Below are positions 30,698 to 59,922 of a stretch of DNA of 64,000 nt, one piece after another. Origin of the DNA: Chrysomallon squamiferum. Lineage: Eukaryota; Animalia; Mollusca. The position numbers and the translations under genes are program-made. Each line of letters opens with the position of its first letter. Positions within the stretch are counted from its first letter, which is position 1. The stretch is taken from NCBI GenBank assembly GCA_012295275.1, contig CM022676.1, positions 6,696,001-6,760,000 of the forward strand, written 5' to 3'. The notes beneath the pieces were generated by a model, which was not told the DNA's origin, did not search any database, and saw nothing but the letters and a program-made list of their open reading frames with translations.

Positions 30698-31071
30698 ACT
30701 ATATATTTATTTTGACAGTTCTCGAAGACTTCAATACCAAAATTATGTTAAGTATCGTCTGCACGTGTATTTTTATTCTTTGCTGCATTGTTGTTGCATT
30801 CATAAGATGGCGAGAGTCATTCACTAAAGGTAAAAAGAAGTTAATTTTTCCTCGTCAGTATGATTTAACAACAACAAAAAAAAAAAAATATATATATATA
30901 TATATAAATATATATTGCTTTATTTATTTATTTGTGTGGGTATATTTGTTTATTTGCTTCTCTTTCCTTCTTTCTTTCTTTACTTATTTATTATTAATGT
31001 ATGTAATTTATAATTATTATCGGTCTGTATGTCTGTGTTTCTGTTTATCTATTTATGTATCTATAAGTCTG

Positions 31072-31158
<87 letters not shown>

Positions 31159-31880
31159 TAATCGGTTATTAATTTTTCTTTCTCTTATCCTTAAAATAAT
31201 AACCATAACTGAATACAATTTAGTGGTAGCGCAGGTCAAATTTCATTAAATTACTTTTAGATATAAAATATTGCACATAGTGATTTCTGCTGAACTAAAT
31301 TGTTTCTCATTGACAGACTTATATACATACAAAATCTAAAATGACTGATGTATGCACATGTCCAGTTTATGTTAATTATTACTAAAGGAGAATAGAATGT
31401 TTTGAAGCATTTCCACGTTAGATCTATATATATATATATATACTCCAGACTTCTTGAGACAATAAGCGATGAACATTAACAAGTTCTCCAACCTCTTTGA
31501 TATTTATTTTCCGTGTATTTATCATTCTCTGAACCTTTATCTCTACTTGTGTATTTGAATTTTTTTATTATTCTGCTACGGATGGCAAGCTCTGATCCCC
31601 TCCCCTAGTGCTATGGCTTAATGGAATGTTTTTGTGCTGAAGAAAGCTTTCATCTTTTAGAATATCTCTCTCTCCTTCACCTTCTTTCAGTTTTTAGCTG
31701 GAAGTAATAGTGTGGTAATAGCCTCTTCCATATTACAACAAGTCACAGCATACCATACTTCCTCATATATATATATATATTTTATTTGATCCTTTTTGAT
31801 ACTATTTATTTATTTATTTAGTTAGTTAACTCTTGATCTTGCTTACAGATGACAAACAAAAATTGACTGGAAATAGATAG
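27185..31880 (+). pseudogene. Receptor C1 (chimeric C/B), frameshifted as assembled; exons 27185-27267 (putative), 27734-28163, 28526-28647, 30255-30438, 30719-30829, 31849-31880
   Basis: Near-identical to C2, but the V exon is 430 nt vs 428 (gtacGaCcgacata vs gtacacgacata), giving TAA at 27909-27911. Other exons are intact. The last exon is a copy of B's DDKQKLTGNR* exon. Confidence 0.65.
29505..29820. repeat. Degenerate pentanucleotide satellite (TTGTG/TTGTA)n; copies at ~37255-37570 and ~44925-45240
   Basis: Visible 5-mer periodicity in the C intron between the two second-domain exons. Source of the spurious Cys/Val-rich ORFs. Confidence 0.85.
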
Positions 31881-32449
31881 GTGTGAACAAAAACAGAAGT
31901 CAGATCTAACATTAAAAACTTACGATATATGCCTGTGTTTGGATCATCATGACATCAGCAACAATAACAACAACAACTACTACTACTACTAATACTACTA
32001 ATACTACTGCTACTATTGGTACTACTACTATTATTGTTCTACAGCTAGTGATACAACTAGTTTTGTTACTAATACAATTACTATTTTTACCACTACATCT
32101 ACTGTTACTACTAGTTTGACTACCTTTACCACAATTACAACTACTACTACTCAACTAAATATTACCAGACCTTTATTACTATCATTACTATCACTTTTCC
32201 TAATACTACTGCTACTGCTGCAACAACTACAACTACTACGTCTTTCTATTTTAGTATTTATATACGTATAACTTTATCTTAGATCTTGAATTTCACCATT
32301 GTTGTCTTATTTTTTGTAAGTATTTTACTACGAAATGCAGGTACAATAAAAATTTTACGTAATAGAATTGTCGTTTTTTAGTAAAGAATAATAATAATAA
32401 TTTATTTATTAATATAATCTCAGTATTGCTCTTGGATTTATATTAAAAT

Positions 32450-33600
32450 TAATTCATCGAAGAGCTTTTAATGTCGAAAGTGCGGGTCATGAAACGGCTT
32501 AATAATGTCGAAGTTATAAATATTGATATCGAAGGAACGATTCTTCAAACAACTTATTAATGTCCGAAGGGTGGTTCATCAAATAGCTTATTAATATCGA
32601 AATAACGGTTTATGAAACAGCTTATTAATGTCGGAAGAGCGGTTCATGAAATAGTTTATTAATGTCGAAAGAACGAATAATCAAACAGCTTATTAATATG
32701 GAAGGGCGGTTCAGAAACAGCTTATTAATGTCGGAAAAATGGTTCATCAAATAGCTTATTAATGTCGAAAGGATGGTTGATTACTGATTTCAATTCTGAT
32801 TGTGTGTATGTGTGTGTGTGTATATATATATATATTTATATGCATGTAATATTAATGATAAGATTAATTATACTACTACTACTATTCTACTACTGCTGCT
32901 GCTGCTGCTGCTGTTAATAATAAATAAATAAATAATCATAATAAACATGATAATGGTATTTATGTAATTATTTTGGAAATGTGTGAACAATTTCGTGTAA
33001 AGGTTCTTTGATGGTAATGGTGATGATGATAATAAACAAACAAACAAAAAACCAAAAATGAATACAAAAAAATTAAAATATACAATTTGATCTATCATAG
33101 ATGAATTTCTATGCATGCACTTCATTGAAAACGAATTATTGCAAAAAGAAACGAGGGACCATGCGCAGTCAGTCTTCCACGAGCGATACTATTTTGCCAG
33201 AGATCTCACAGGAATGATATTAGGGATGTTGCCAGCAAGATTTCTGAGACTGACTCCTTCTTTTGGAAAAGTCAGTTGTCAAAATCAGTCTGAAGGGTAA
33301 ATAATTAAAAAAACAAAACAAAACATTTTCGGAAGAACAGTTCATCAAATAGCTTATTAATGTCGAAAGAACGAGGGTTCAGCAATAATATTAATTATTA
33401 TTTCGCAAGGATGGGCCATCATGCAGCTTATTAATGTCGCAGGAACGGTTTATCAAATAGCTTATTAATGTCCAAATTATGGTTCTTCAGATATCTTATT
33501 AATGCAAGATGTTTAGTTCATTAAAAAGTTTAAAATATTAATGTCAAAGAGAGTATTAATCTCAGAAGGATAGTTCATTAAACAGTTTATTAGTGTGGGA
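32450..33600. repeat. Two 34-bp minisatellite arrays of unit 2 (~32450-32775 and ~33330-33600)
   Basis: Same consensus as the 24750-25100 array. Confidence 0.85.
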
Positions 33601-34231
33601 AGGATGGTTGGTTACCGATTTCAGTTCTGATTGTGTGTACATGTGTGTATCTATACGTCTGTGCCTCTGAATTCACTTTAGATATTGTGTTTGTATGTAT
33701 GCTTATAATATTCTGCTACTGCTACTACTACTACTACGACGACTACTACTACTACAACTACCTTTTACTACTATCTCTAATAACACGAGAAGTATTACTA
33801 CTACCATTATTACTATCATGACAACTTCTGCTAGTATTATTGCTACCATTACTACTACTAATACTATTATCATTATTACTATTATTACTTAGTTAACCGT
33901 ATAAGTAAAAGAATAGTCACACAGAGGAGAGACAGGTCAAGAATATGGGAACTCGGTACAAGGGAGATTAATTCTCATGGAAGGTTAGTCGCACAAGACG
34001 CCATGTTCTAGCATGCTCCACGTCATGTATTGTGGAATTTAAATGTGAAAATAATAAATAAAATGATGGAATATAATTTATAAATCAAGGAGAAGGCAAC
34101 ATTACTTGATTTGTATCAAATTTTCGGAAGTCTGATTATTAATTCTTTCAATTAAAGGGATCGAACTGTGAGAAACAGTTCTGAAAGGAAATGTTTCGCA
34201 AAAAAAGTCCTTGTGTCTAATAATAAATACA

Positions 34232-34278
<47 letters not shown>

Positions 34279-34887
34279 ATGTTTGTAATTATATTGGTTT
34301 TCAGCCTTTCCACTGCACTGAAATTGTACTATGTCCTTAGGTAAATTTCCTGATACACTTATTTTGAAACGTATGATACATTTCGTTTAAAGTTTCTTTT
34401 ATGATGATTATGATGATGATGATGATCTTGACGATAATGATGATGAAGGAATAAATCAAATTAAAATATACAGCTTGATCAATCATAGATGAATTTCAAA
34501 GAATAAGCTTTATTGAAAATAAATGACGTAATATGTGTACAAATGACGTAATTATAGCGTTTACACCTATTTTGATGATACGTCATCGTCTTATTTTATC
34601 AAACCAACAATCTTACCCGAGGGGAAATAGAAAAAAAAAAAGAAACGAAACAACAAACACAGTCATATTTCATATCACTATATTCAGACATTTTTACCTG
34701 GATTTAGCTTCGAAGAACAATTTTGGACTAGTAGAATTAACTGTAATATTACTCTAGGTATATTAACTGTTTGGGATGTGACTGCTTGTTGTAGAACACA
34801 CTGACAAATAATAATTGCATAAAACCGAGGCACCATGCGCAGTCAGTCTTTCACGAGGGATACCATTTTGCAAGAGATCTCGCAGGA

Positions 34888-39745
<4,858 letters not shown>

Positions 39746-40329
39746 CTGGAAATAGATAGGTGTGAACAAAAACAGAAGTCAGATCTAACATTAAAAACTT
39801 ACGATATATGCCTGTGTTTGGATCATCATGACATCAGCAACAATAACAACAACAACTACTACTACTACTAATACTACTAATACTACTGCTACTATTGGTA
39901 CTACTACTATTATTGTTCTACAGCTAGTGATACAACTAGTTTTGTTACTAATACAATTACTATTTTTACCACTACATCTACTGTTACTACTAGTTTGACT
40001 ACCTTTACCACAATTACAACTACTACTACTCAACTAAATATTACCAGACCTTTATTACTATCATTACTATCACTTTTCCTAATACTACTGCTACTGCTGC
40101 AACAACTACAACTACTACGTCTTTCTATTTTAGTATTTATATACGTATAACTTTATCTTAGATCTTGAATTTCACCATTGTTGTCTTATTTTTTGTAAGT
40201 ATTTTACTACGAAATGCAGGTACAATAAAAATTTTACGTGATAGAATTGTCGTTTTTTAGTAAAGAATAATAATAATAATTTATTTATTAATATAATCTC
40301 ACTATTGCTCTTGGATTTATATTAAAATT

Positions 40330-41475
40330 AATTCATCGAAGAGCTTTTAATGTCGAAAGTGCGGGTCATGAAACGGCTTAACAATGTCGAAGTTATAAAT
40401 ATTGATATCGAAGGAACGATTCTTCAAACAACTTATTAATGTCCGAAGGGTGGTTCATCAAATAGCTTATTAATATCGAAATAACGGTTTATGAAACAGC
40501 TTATTAATGTCGGAAGAGCGGTTCATGAAATAGTTTATTAATGTCGAAAGAACGAATACTCAAACAGCTTATTAATATGGAAGGGCGGTTCAGAAACAGC
40601 TTATTAATGTCGGAAAAATGGTTCATCAAATAGCTTATTAATGTCGAAAGGATGGTTGATTACTGATTTCAATTCTGATTGTGTGTATGTGTGTGTGTGT
40701 ATATATATATATATATTTATATGCATGTAATATTAATGATAAGATTAATTATACTACTACTACTATTCTACTACTGCTGCTGCTGCTGTTAATAATAAAT
40801 AAATAAATAATCATAATAAACATGATAATGGTATTTATGTAATTATTTTGGAAATGTGTGAACAATTTCGTGTAAAGGTTCTTTGATGGTAATGGTGATG
40901 ATGATAATAAACAAACAAACAAAAAACCAAAAATGAATACAAAAAAATTAAAATATACAATTTGATCTATCATAGATGAATTTCTATGCATGCACTTCAT
41001 TGAAAACGAATTATTGCAAAAAGAAACGAGGGACCATGCGCAGTCAGTCTTCCACGAGCGATACTATTTTGCCAGAGATCTCGCAGGAATGATATTAGGG
41101 ATGTTGACAGCAAGGTTTCTGAGAGTGACTCGTCTTTTGGAAAAGTCAGTTGTCAAAATCAGTCTGAAGGGTAAATAATTAAAGAAACAAAACAAAACAT
41201 TTTCGGAAGAACAGTTCATCAAATAGCTTATTAATGTCGAAAGAACGAGGGTGTAGCAATAATATTAATTATTATTTCGCAAGGATGGGTCATCATGCAG
41301 CTTATTAATGTCGCAGGAACGGTTTATCAAATAGCTTATTAATGTCAAAATTACGGTTCTTCAGATATCTTATTATTGCAAAATGTTTAGTTCATTAAAA
41401 AGTTTAAAATATTAATGTCAAAGAGAGCATTAATCTCAGAAGGATAGTTCATTAAACAGTTTATTAGTGTGGGAA
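40330..41475. repeat. Two 34-bp minisatellite arrays of unit 3 (~40330-40655 and ~41205-41475)
   Basis: Same consensus as the 24750-25100 array. Confidence 0.85.
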
Positions 41476-42105
41476 GGATGGTTGATTACCGATTTTAGTT
41501 CTGATTGTGTGTACATGTGTGTGTGTATACGTCTGTGCCTCAGAATTCACTTTAGATATTGTGTTTGTATGTATGCTTATAATATTCTGCTACTGCTACT
41601 ACTACTACTACAACTACCTTTTACTACTATCTCTAATAACACAAGAAGTATTACTACTACCATTATTACTATCATGGCAACTTCTGCTAGTATTATTGCT
41701 ACCATTACTACTACTAATACTATTATCATTATTACTATTATTACTTAGTTAACCGTATAAGTAAAAGAATAAAAACACAGAGGAGAGACAGGTCAATAAT
41801 ATGGGAACTCGGTACAAGGGAGATTAATTCTCATGGAAGGTTAGTCGCACAAGACGCCATGTTCTAGCATGCTCTCCACGTCATGTATTGTGGAATTTAA
41901 ATGTGAAAATAATAAATAAAATGATGGAATATAATTTATAAATCAAGGAGAAGGCAACATTACTTGATTTGTATCAAATTTTCGGAAGTCTGATTATTAA
42001 TTCTTTCAATTAAAGCGATCGAACTGTTAGAAACAGTTCTGAAAGGAAGTGTTTCGCAAAAAAAGTCCTTGTGTCTAATAATAAATACATAAATGAATAT
42101 ACTAA

Positions 42106-42136
<31 letters not shown>

Positions 42137-42737
42137 ATGTTTGTAATTATATTGGTTTTCAGCCTTTCCACTGCACTGAAATTGTACTATGTCCTTAGGT
42201 AAATTTCCTGATACACTTATTTTGAAACGTATGATACATTTCGTTTAAAGTTTCTTTTATGATGATTATGATGATGATGATGATCTTGACGATAATGATG
42301 ATGAAGGAATAAATCAAATTAAAATATACAGCTTGATAAATCATAGATGAATTTCAAAGAATGTGCTTTATTGAAAATAAATGACGTAATATGTGTACAA
42401 ATGACGTAATTATAGCGTTTACACCCATTTTGATGATACGTCATCGTCTTATTTTATCAAACCAACAATCTTACCCGGGGGGAAATAGAAAAAAAAAGAA
42501 ACGAAACAACAAACACAGTCATATCTCATATCACTATATTCAGACATTTTTACCTGGATTTAGTTTCGAAGAACAATTTTGGACTAGTAGAATTAACTGT
42601 AATATTACTCTTTAGTTATATTAACTGTTTGGGATGTGACTGCTTGTTATAGAACACATTGATAAATAATAAAACCGAGGCACCATGCGCAGTCAGTCTT
42701 TCACGAGGGATACCATTTTGCAAGAGATCTCGCAAGA

Positions 42738-48506
<5,769 letters not shown>

Positions 48507-48544
48507 AGAAGATCAGTATAAGATAAAACACTGCAATGAAAAGC

Positions 48545-49225
48545 GTTTCAAAGATAAGACAGTGGAAGAAATAAAACCAGTGAAAAGAAAAACATAAAAA
48601 AAGTGAAAAGAAAAACTGTAAAGGATAAAATATAGACAGTGGAAGAAAAAGAAGGTGAAAAAAAAAACATTAAAGGATAAGATATAGACAGTGGAAGAAA
48701 CAAAATCAGTGAAAAGAAAAACATAAAAAAAAAGTGAAAAGAAAAACAGTAAAGGATAAGATATAGACAGTGGAAGAAAAAACAAAACAAGTGAAAAGAA
48801 AAACATAAAAAAAAGTGAAAAGAAAAACAGTAAAGGATAAGATATAGACAGTGGAAGAAAAAACAAAACAAGTGAAAAGAAAAACATAAAAAAAAGTGAA
48901 AAAAGAAAAACAGTAAAGGATAAGATATAGACAGTGGAAGAAAAAACAAAACAAGTGAAAAGAAAAACATAAAAAAAAGTGAAAAGAAAAACAGTAAAGG
49001 ATGAGATATAGACAGTGGAAGAAAAAAAAGTGAAAAGAAAAACAGTAAAGGATAAGATATAGACAGTGGAAGAAAAAAGTGAAAAGAAAAACAGTAAAGG
49101 ATAAGATATAGACAGTGGAAGAAAAAACAAAACAAGTGAAAAGAAAAACAGTAAAGGATAAGATATAGACAGTGGAAGAAAAACAAAAGTGAAAAGAAAC
49201 ACATAAAAAGTGAAAAGAAAAACAA
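48545..49225. repeat. Purine-rich compound minisatellite, ~10 units of ~50-80 bp
   Basis: gacagtggaagaaa and gtgaaaagaaaaacagtaaaggataagatata modules recur with variable spacing, immediately 3' of the C3 stop. Confidence 0.9.
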
Positions 49226-50243
49226 CTTTACGCCGGATGAAAAACTGAATTGTCACCGCATTCATCATGTATTATGGGTTAAAAAAAATATATTTGGTAA
49301 CGTGTTAGAATTATCTCTCTTGCAGAAAATGTTGGCCAAAAATACCATCACTTAAACACAAAGAAAAGAAAGAAAGAAATAAAAAGAGAAAAGCGTCTAA
49401 ATGCTCTTGTCCTATAAACTAGCGAGATTTTTTATAGTTTTATTTTTTAATTTTTATTATTATTATTATTATTTTGTTTTTTTTGAAAACCACAATTTTA
49501 TTTTCGCGGTGCTGAATTTATGATCATGATTTTCAAGTTCCAGTTGCAAAATAAATTGTGATTTTAGATAATTTATTTATTTATTTATTTATTGATGATC
49601 ATGATTATAAATTGAAATAATAAAAACTGGTTTCAAATAATTTCTGTAGATGTTTGAATTTTTAGTATAAAAAGATTTAGGAAAAATAAAAATAACAATT
49701 TTACGTTTTGCATTGGCAAATCTAAAACATTTAATGAAACGGGTTATATTATTACAGTACATTTATTACTGTAGGATTTAATCTTCGTAAAGACATACAT
49801 AAACACATACCTACGTACGTGCGGACACACACACATACGTACATGCATATATACATGCATACACATTCAAGCACGCACATACATACTCACATACACAGAT
49901 AGACATACTTGTTATATACGTACGCAGATGCATACATTCACACAAACATTCATACATATACAACATACACACATGTACAACCACAGAGATATATGCATAG
50001 ACATACTTATCTAACTACCTACCTATTTACGTACAAACATACTTTAATAATGATCTAGTTTATAAAGCTATTTATATAATACATTTGTTCATGGCGGTTT
50101 TGCGCTAAGTGTAATGGGAAAACAAGTGACGTCACGTGCAAAGAAGCAGTACCGCCATTTTTCTATTATTTATTTATTTATCTATTTATTATTGTTTTTT
50201 TATTTTTATTTATTTTTTATATATTCATTTATTTACTTAATGC

Positions 50244-50278
<35 letters not shown>

Positions 50279-51976
50279 TGATCTACCAAAATATAATTAC
50301 CTGTCTCGAGGCAGGTCAAAGGTTATGCCCGTAACAAAAGTGTTTTAAGAAGTATACCAAAAATTAAATACAGCCAGTTTTTAACTAGGGGGTAAAAATA
50401 TATAAAAATAATATTATCCAGGTTGACTTTCACGATGTTATTTATATAAAAAAAATATATAACTGCTTTCAACATTACTAATTACAAGAAAATGATGCAT
50501 CTCATGCAGATAAAATATTTGAATACTTAAAAATAGCATCCTGTTTAGCATTGTTTAAAAAGGTATATATATATTATGAATATATAATCAAAAAAAAAAA
50601 AAAAAATAAATAAATAAGAAGAAAAACAACATAAATATATAAATCAAAAAAACAAAAAAAAAAAAATTTAAATGGAATAAATAGTTGATGAATTTTACGA
50701 ACAAACAAATAAACAAGCAAATAAAATAAAATAAAATAAAATAAATAAATAAAAATCGTATATTGGCAAATATATATAATCTTCTTAAAAACATAAGTAT
50801 CACAAGTGATGTATTCACTTTTAAGATTTCCTAATTTGTATTTTTTTGAGAATGCATAAATATTTGGTTTTATGTCTTAAAACTATCTTATAATAGAAAC
50901 ATTTTGTTCAAAAAAAATTTAATATCCTTAATGAACAGAAATAATAATATACAATATAATTAATACAAAATATAGCATTATTTTTTTGTATTTTAATTTT
51001 ATTTATTTATTTATTTATTTGAAGTTCCTGTTTTTAGACCTTATCCATAAACCGGAAATGCTATTTGTAGCTAAGCAAAATGTACGAATTTTATCGAGAT
51101 TAAGGCACTAATATAAACTATAGATAACTTTGAAAATAATAATAGTATAAGATGTTTACTTGTAGAACTATTTGGCGATTACTTTTTCTGTTGTTTTTTT
51201 TATCCCGAAAAATATAGCATTATTTTGTATTAGTCCATTTCTTCTGAACGTTGTGTAGCAGACGACAGTACGAAGATTGAATCCGAAATACGGTAAATCT
51301 GGAAATTTCTTTACGTCACATAACCATTTTTGCTGTGAACTCTGTATAAATATTCAAAACATTTAGCGAATATTTTATTTTATTTACTTTGACAATGCAT
51401 TAGCTGAATTTATGACTTGTAACGAGAATTTTTTTTTTTTTGGTAAAGCAAAACTAAACCAGTTCTTCCATTCAAAACTACTAAACAACAAACCTACAAA
51501 TAAATAAATATGTAGTAATCAAATAAATAGATAATCATTATTACACAGAATATCCATTCACTTTACATAACTTAGGTAACAAATATACTAACATTCAATT
51601 AAATGAAGGCTATCAATATTGTTATTTATGCCAGTTCTCAGATCTCTCGTTCCCCTTTTTTTTCCTTCTCTTTTGGTAAATACTAGCTAATGATTGACTG
51701 TAGTGAACCAAATTTCTGATCGACGTAGCCACATTATAAATTATGTTCAATGCATGGTTATTTTACAAGGATGATGATGATGATGATGATTGTTGTTATT
51801 TTATTATTATTATTGTTGTTATAATTATTTTTGGTTTTATTATTGTTATTGACATTTTTAAAACTATTATTATTATTATTATTATTATTAGTGTTGCCAT
51901 TATTATTTTTTTTATTGCGGTTGTCATTATAATTGATTTTATTGTTGTTGTTGTTGTTTCTGTTGTTGTCGTTTTC

Positions 51977-52036
<60 letters not shown>

Positions 52037-52055
52037 CAGATATGGAACCCGAATC

Positions 52056-55830
<3,775 letters not shown>

Positions 55831-56704
55831 CAACTGAGCTGTGCTTAAAACAAATACTCGAACCGAAGATTAACAGTAAATCATTATTTACCTTTATTTT
55901 CGTGGATTGCTTCCTGGAGGGCCGAATCTGTGTTGTTGACATTTTGGCTAACGGCAATCATCGTAAGAACGGTGTTTTCAAACTGAATGCAAAATTTATA
56001 CAAACATAGGTGTGCATCATTTTTAAAGTCTTGGTTCTAAACTGAATCTGTTTGTTGCTTTCTATTTTAATGGAACGAAAATTATTGTTTCGGAAATATA
56101 GAATATTTCTCGTTGTCATTCATTATGTTGAATAATGTTGTATAAATATATATATGTACATATATATACACACATATGTAGCAGGATTATTTCAGACAGA
56201 AGAGAATATACAAGACTTGATGAATTCAGACTTTATTTACAAGGATTAAACCTTCACTTATCGCAGCGGGAATTTTGAAAAAGAAAACCAAAAAAACCCC
56301 AAAACAACAACAACAAAAATACAACAGAAATAACCAACAAAAAGCGAGCAAAAAAAAAAAAAAAAACTGTGGACAAAATGATCAGTGTTTGTCAGATATT
56401 CCTTTTGAGAAGGATGCAGATGACATAAACGAAATAATCATAGAAGAATAGTTGATTCTTGGAGAGAACAAAAAAACAACAACAACCAGTTAAATATGTA
56501 CGCTGGTCGGTATCACGTGATACCGTCATTGCGACCATTAAAATGTTAGCGATTGGAACTTGTGCCTGTTTCAGTCTCAAAAAGACGGTGGTAAAATTAC
56601 ATAGTATATGTCAAATGAAGAAACCTATGAAACAAAATAGTGTATGACAAAATAGTTATGTACATATAAAAATAGTAGAAATGTGTTTAGACTTTAAATA
56701 TTTT

Positions 56705-56800
<96 letters not shown>

Positions 56801-56948
56801 CTGTCTGTATTTCTGCTTCTCGCTAACTTTTTCATCTTTCTTTTATGAAGACACACAGATACACGCAGACATAAAAGTACGTAGAAAAACATGTTAAAAT
56901 AAAATAAAATAATACAATTTGACGTCTTTTTTCTTGTCTTTTTTGTTG

Positions 56949-56992
<44 letters not shown>

Positions 56993-57614
56993 AGTTCATG
57001 TCATCAACGTATGACATTAATATACTGTGTTTTGAAATATCTTGAAGATAATTTATTTTTGAGTCTTCTAGGTGGCTGGGTGTATTCTAGTTTTGTCCGT
57101 AACAAGAATAAATATGATTAGATGGAATACAAAGTTTTGGTCTTGGTTTGGAATTTCAACAGTTATCGTGACAGGTTTTATTTAGAGGGTTGGTGACATA
57201 AACAAACGGATAAACAAAACAAAAAAGAATAAAACTTTGTTCGCGAAACTAATCTGCAGTTTAGATCTAGCGAAAGTTGTATCCAATATTTTTAAAGATA
57301 TTTTTTGTTTTAGTGCACACAAACACACACGCACGCACACATAAACACATTGTCATATAATTATATAAACCTATTTCCATTTGTTGTATTTGTCAAATTG
57401 ACCTGCCTTTCCAGCCGTAGTAAAATACTGAGTAAGACTTCTGCTAACAATGAGTAAACCTAAACTAGAAGATTACTCGCAATTTAAAAAAAACATAACG
57501 AAACAAACCCACAATCAGTACAACCACCGAAGAAACAAATACGACAAATGAGCACGACAAAACAGTTGATGCGCAAATAAAAGGAGGAAACATAATCACA
57601 GAACAGGCCATGTG

Positions 57615-57645
57615 TGTTTCCGGACTTCCGTTTCCTAGGAAATAT
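57615..57645 (+). promoter_or_regulatory. ETS-like motifs in the NAA50 proximal promoter/5'UTR
   Basis: tttccggacttccgtttcc: tandem (C/T)TTCCG (CGGAA on the minus strand) 40-55 nt upstream of the ATG, typical of housekeeping promoters. Confidence 0.35.
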
Positions 57646-57671
57646 CGGAGGGAAAACTTTATTCGTTAATT

Positions 57672-59890
57672 ATGACAAGGTATTAATTAATTGTATGTGA
57701 TATCGAAGTTTATTCATATCTTTCTAAGCTAAAAAAAGTTTTCTTTATATAAAGAAATGGAGAAGAGCAGTGTTTGATGCGAAATTGAAACTAATATTGT
57801 GGGATGTTTCGCCATTCTTTCTTACTTTGTACCATCATTTCAACTGACAGTTGACCGAGTTGTAAAGGACGACTTTGATCCTGAATTAATTTATTTTGTT
57901 ACTCAAAATAGCACCTACAAGAAAATTAACAAATTGAATTTGTATGATGCATTTTGTTTGTGCTATTTAATCGTATCGTTATTTTTTTAACTGATCGTTA
58001 CCATCGTAACATTTGATTTAGACGTTTTAAAACTTATTTAAAATATTAATTGTGTAATACTAAGAGTACAGTAATCTTGTCTGTGTCTTGCACTAGAGCA
58101 ATCTTTTCTGTACATTTTTGTGTACATACATATTTTTTACTGCTCTGCTAATAATTGAAATACAAGTAAGATTATATAAAATCCGTCATTTTGTCAAATT
58201 CAGAATTAATCCAAGATATTCCTAGCTTTTAAAAATCCTAATAACGCTATTAAAACACAGAAGAAATATTTTTGTGTGATTTGGTTATAAAAACAATTTT
58301 TTTTAAAAGAATAAATATTACAAGAAATGATGAAGAAGAGGGGAAAAAGAAAAAGTTAAAGAAATATCTGCAAGTAAAAAGCACTGTTAAAATAGGTAGA
58401 CTGCACTGAACTTCGGTGCAGTTGAATTTCATTTTCTTTGGTTGATTGGAAGTGCGTACCTACAGACACCTAACTGTAAATGACAAACTGTTTGATTTGA
58501 CAAACCACAATGAGCATCAATGATTTACATAACCTTTTTGTTTTTTAATTTGTCCTAGCAGCACAAGACATAGCAAAACAGTAAAACCCACTACTGATGT
58601 TAGTAAAACCTCTGCTGACATAAGTAAAACTTCTACTGTTATAAGTAAAGTCTACTGACATAAGTAAATCCTCCACTGACATAAGTAAAACTTCTACTGA
58701 CATAAGTAAAACTTCTACTGACATAAGAAAAATTTGTCCTGGCATAAGTAAAGCTACAGACATAAGTAAACCTTCTACTGACAGAAGTTAGATCTCTCTT
58801 GTCATGAATAAAACTTCCACATAAAACATTTTTATGATGTGGACAATTTATCTAGACTGTACTATCAAAACTAAACTAACATATTTTTTTTATATTTTAT
58901 ATTTTTTTTGGCAGAGGTAGAATAGAACTGGGTGATATAACACAACACAACATCAAACAGCTGAAGAGATTAAATCAAGTTGTTTTTCCAGTCACGTACA
59001 ACGACAAATTCTACAAAGATGTCCTTGAAGTCGGAGAGCTTGCTAAACTAGGTAAGCAGGTTTTGGTGAAGCATTTGGCTGGGTAACCAATGTTTACCAA
59101 ATGCTGGTATCAAAATTATCACTTGAAACTCACAGAAGTGAAAGAAACTATCCATTTTAACTACATTTTTTTTTAAAAAGAATTTGTCTGTCGTGCCATA
59201 TTTTTCTCCCAAATCTGCCAAATAAATGAGGACAGATTTAATGTAATATTATATTTGTTAATATTATTTTCTGTTTCTGAGTTTTTTAACCACACGCACA
59301 TTCATTAGATAAATTAAACATTTTGTTAATGGTTTTTTATTACTGTTTATTTTATTATTTTATTCACCTTTTCATTAATATTAAACAGAATATTTGATAA
59401 CTGCAAGAGAAATATGGATATCAAAGTTTATTAAATTTTAGAATTTAAATATTGAGATGCAATAAAGAATTTCGTGTAAAATTTAATTATTTTAATCTAG
59501 TTTTGTTTTGTTCTGTGTCCTCAAATCAAATTTGATTTTTTTAAATTTCAGCATATTACAATGACATTGTGATTGGTGCTGTGTGTTGTCGCATTGACAC
59601 GTCAGAAAATCAGCGCCGACTGTACATAATGACCCTTGGTTGCCTAGCACCCTACAGACGTCTAGGAATTGGTAAGATCATTTATTTATTTTCTCAGATT
59701 TTCTAGTGCCAGTGGTTATACTAAGAAATATACTAAATCTATTCTGCATAATTGCATTTAGCACCCTACAAATATCCAGGAATTTGTAAGATAATTTGTT
59801 TTTTCTCAGATTTTCTAGAAAGTTTATATAATAACTTTTACCTTTGGTGATACTAAGAAACTCTTATATTCAATTTAATTTTTCTTTTTA

Positions 59891-59922
<32 letters not shown>

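Noticed and set aside
48513-49268. Long Phe-rich minus-strand ORFs (251 and 225 aa) resembling membrane proteins
   Set aside because: Antisense of an A-rich tandem repeat, open in several frames at once.
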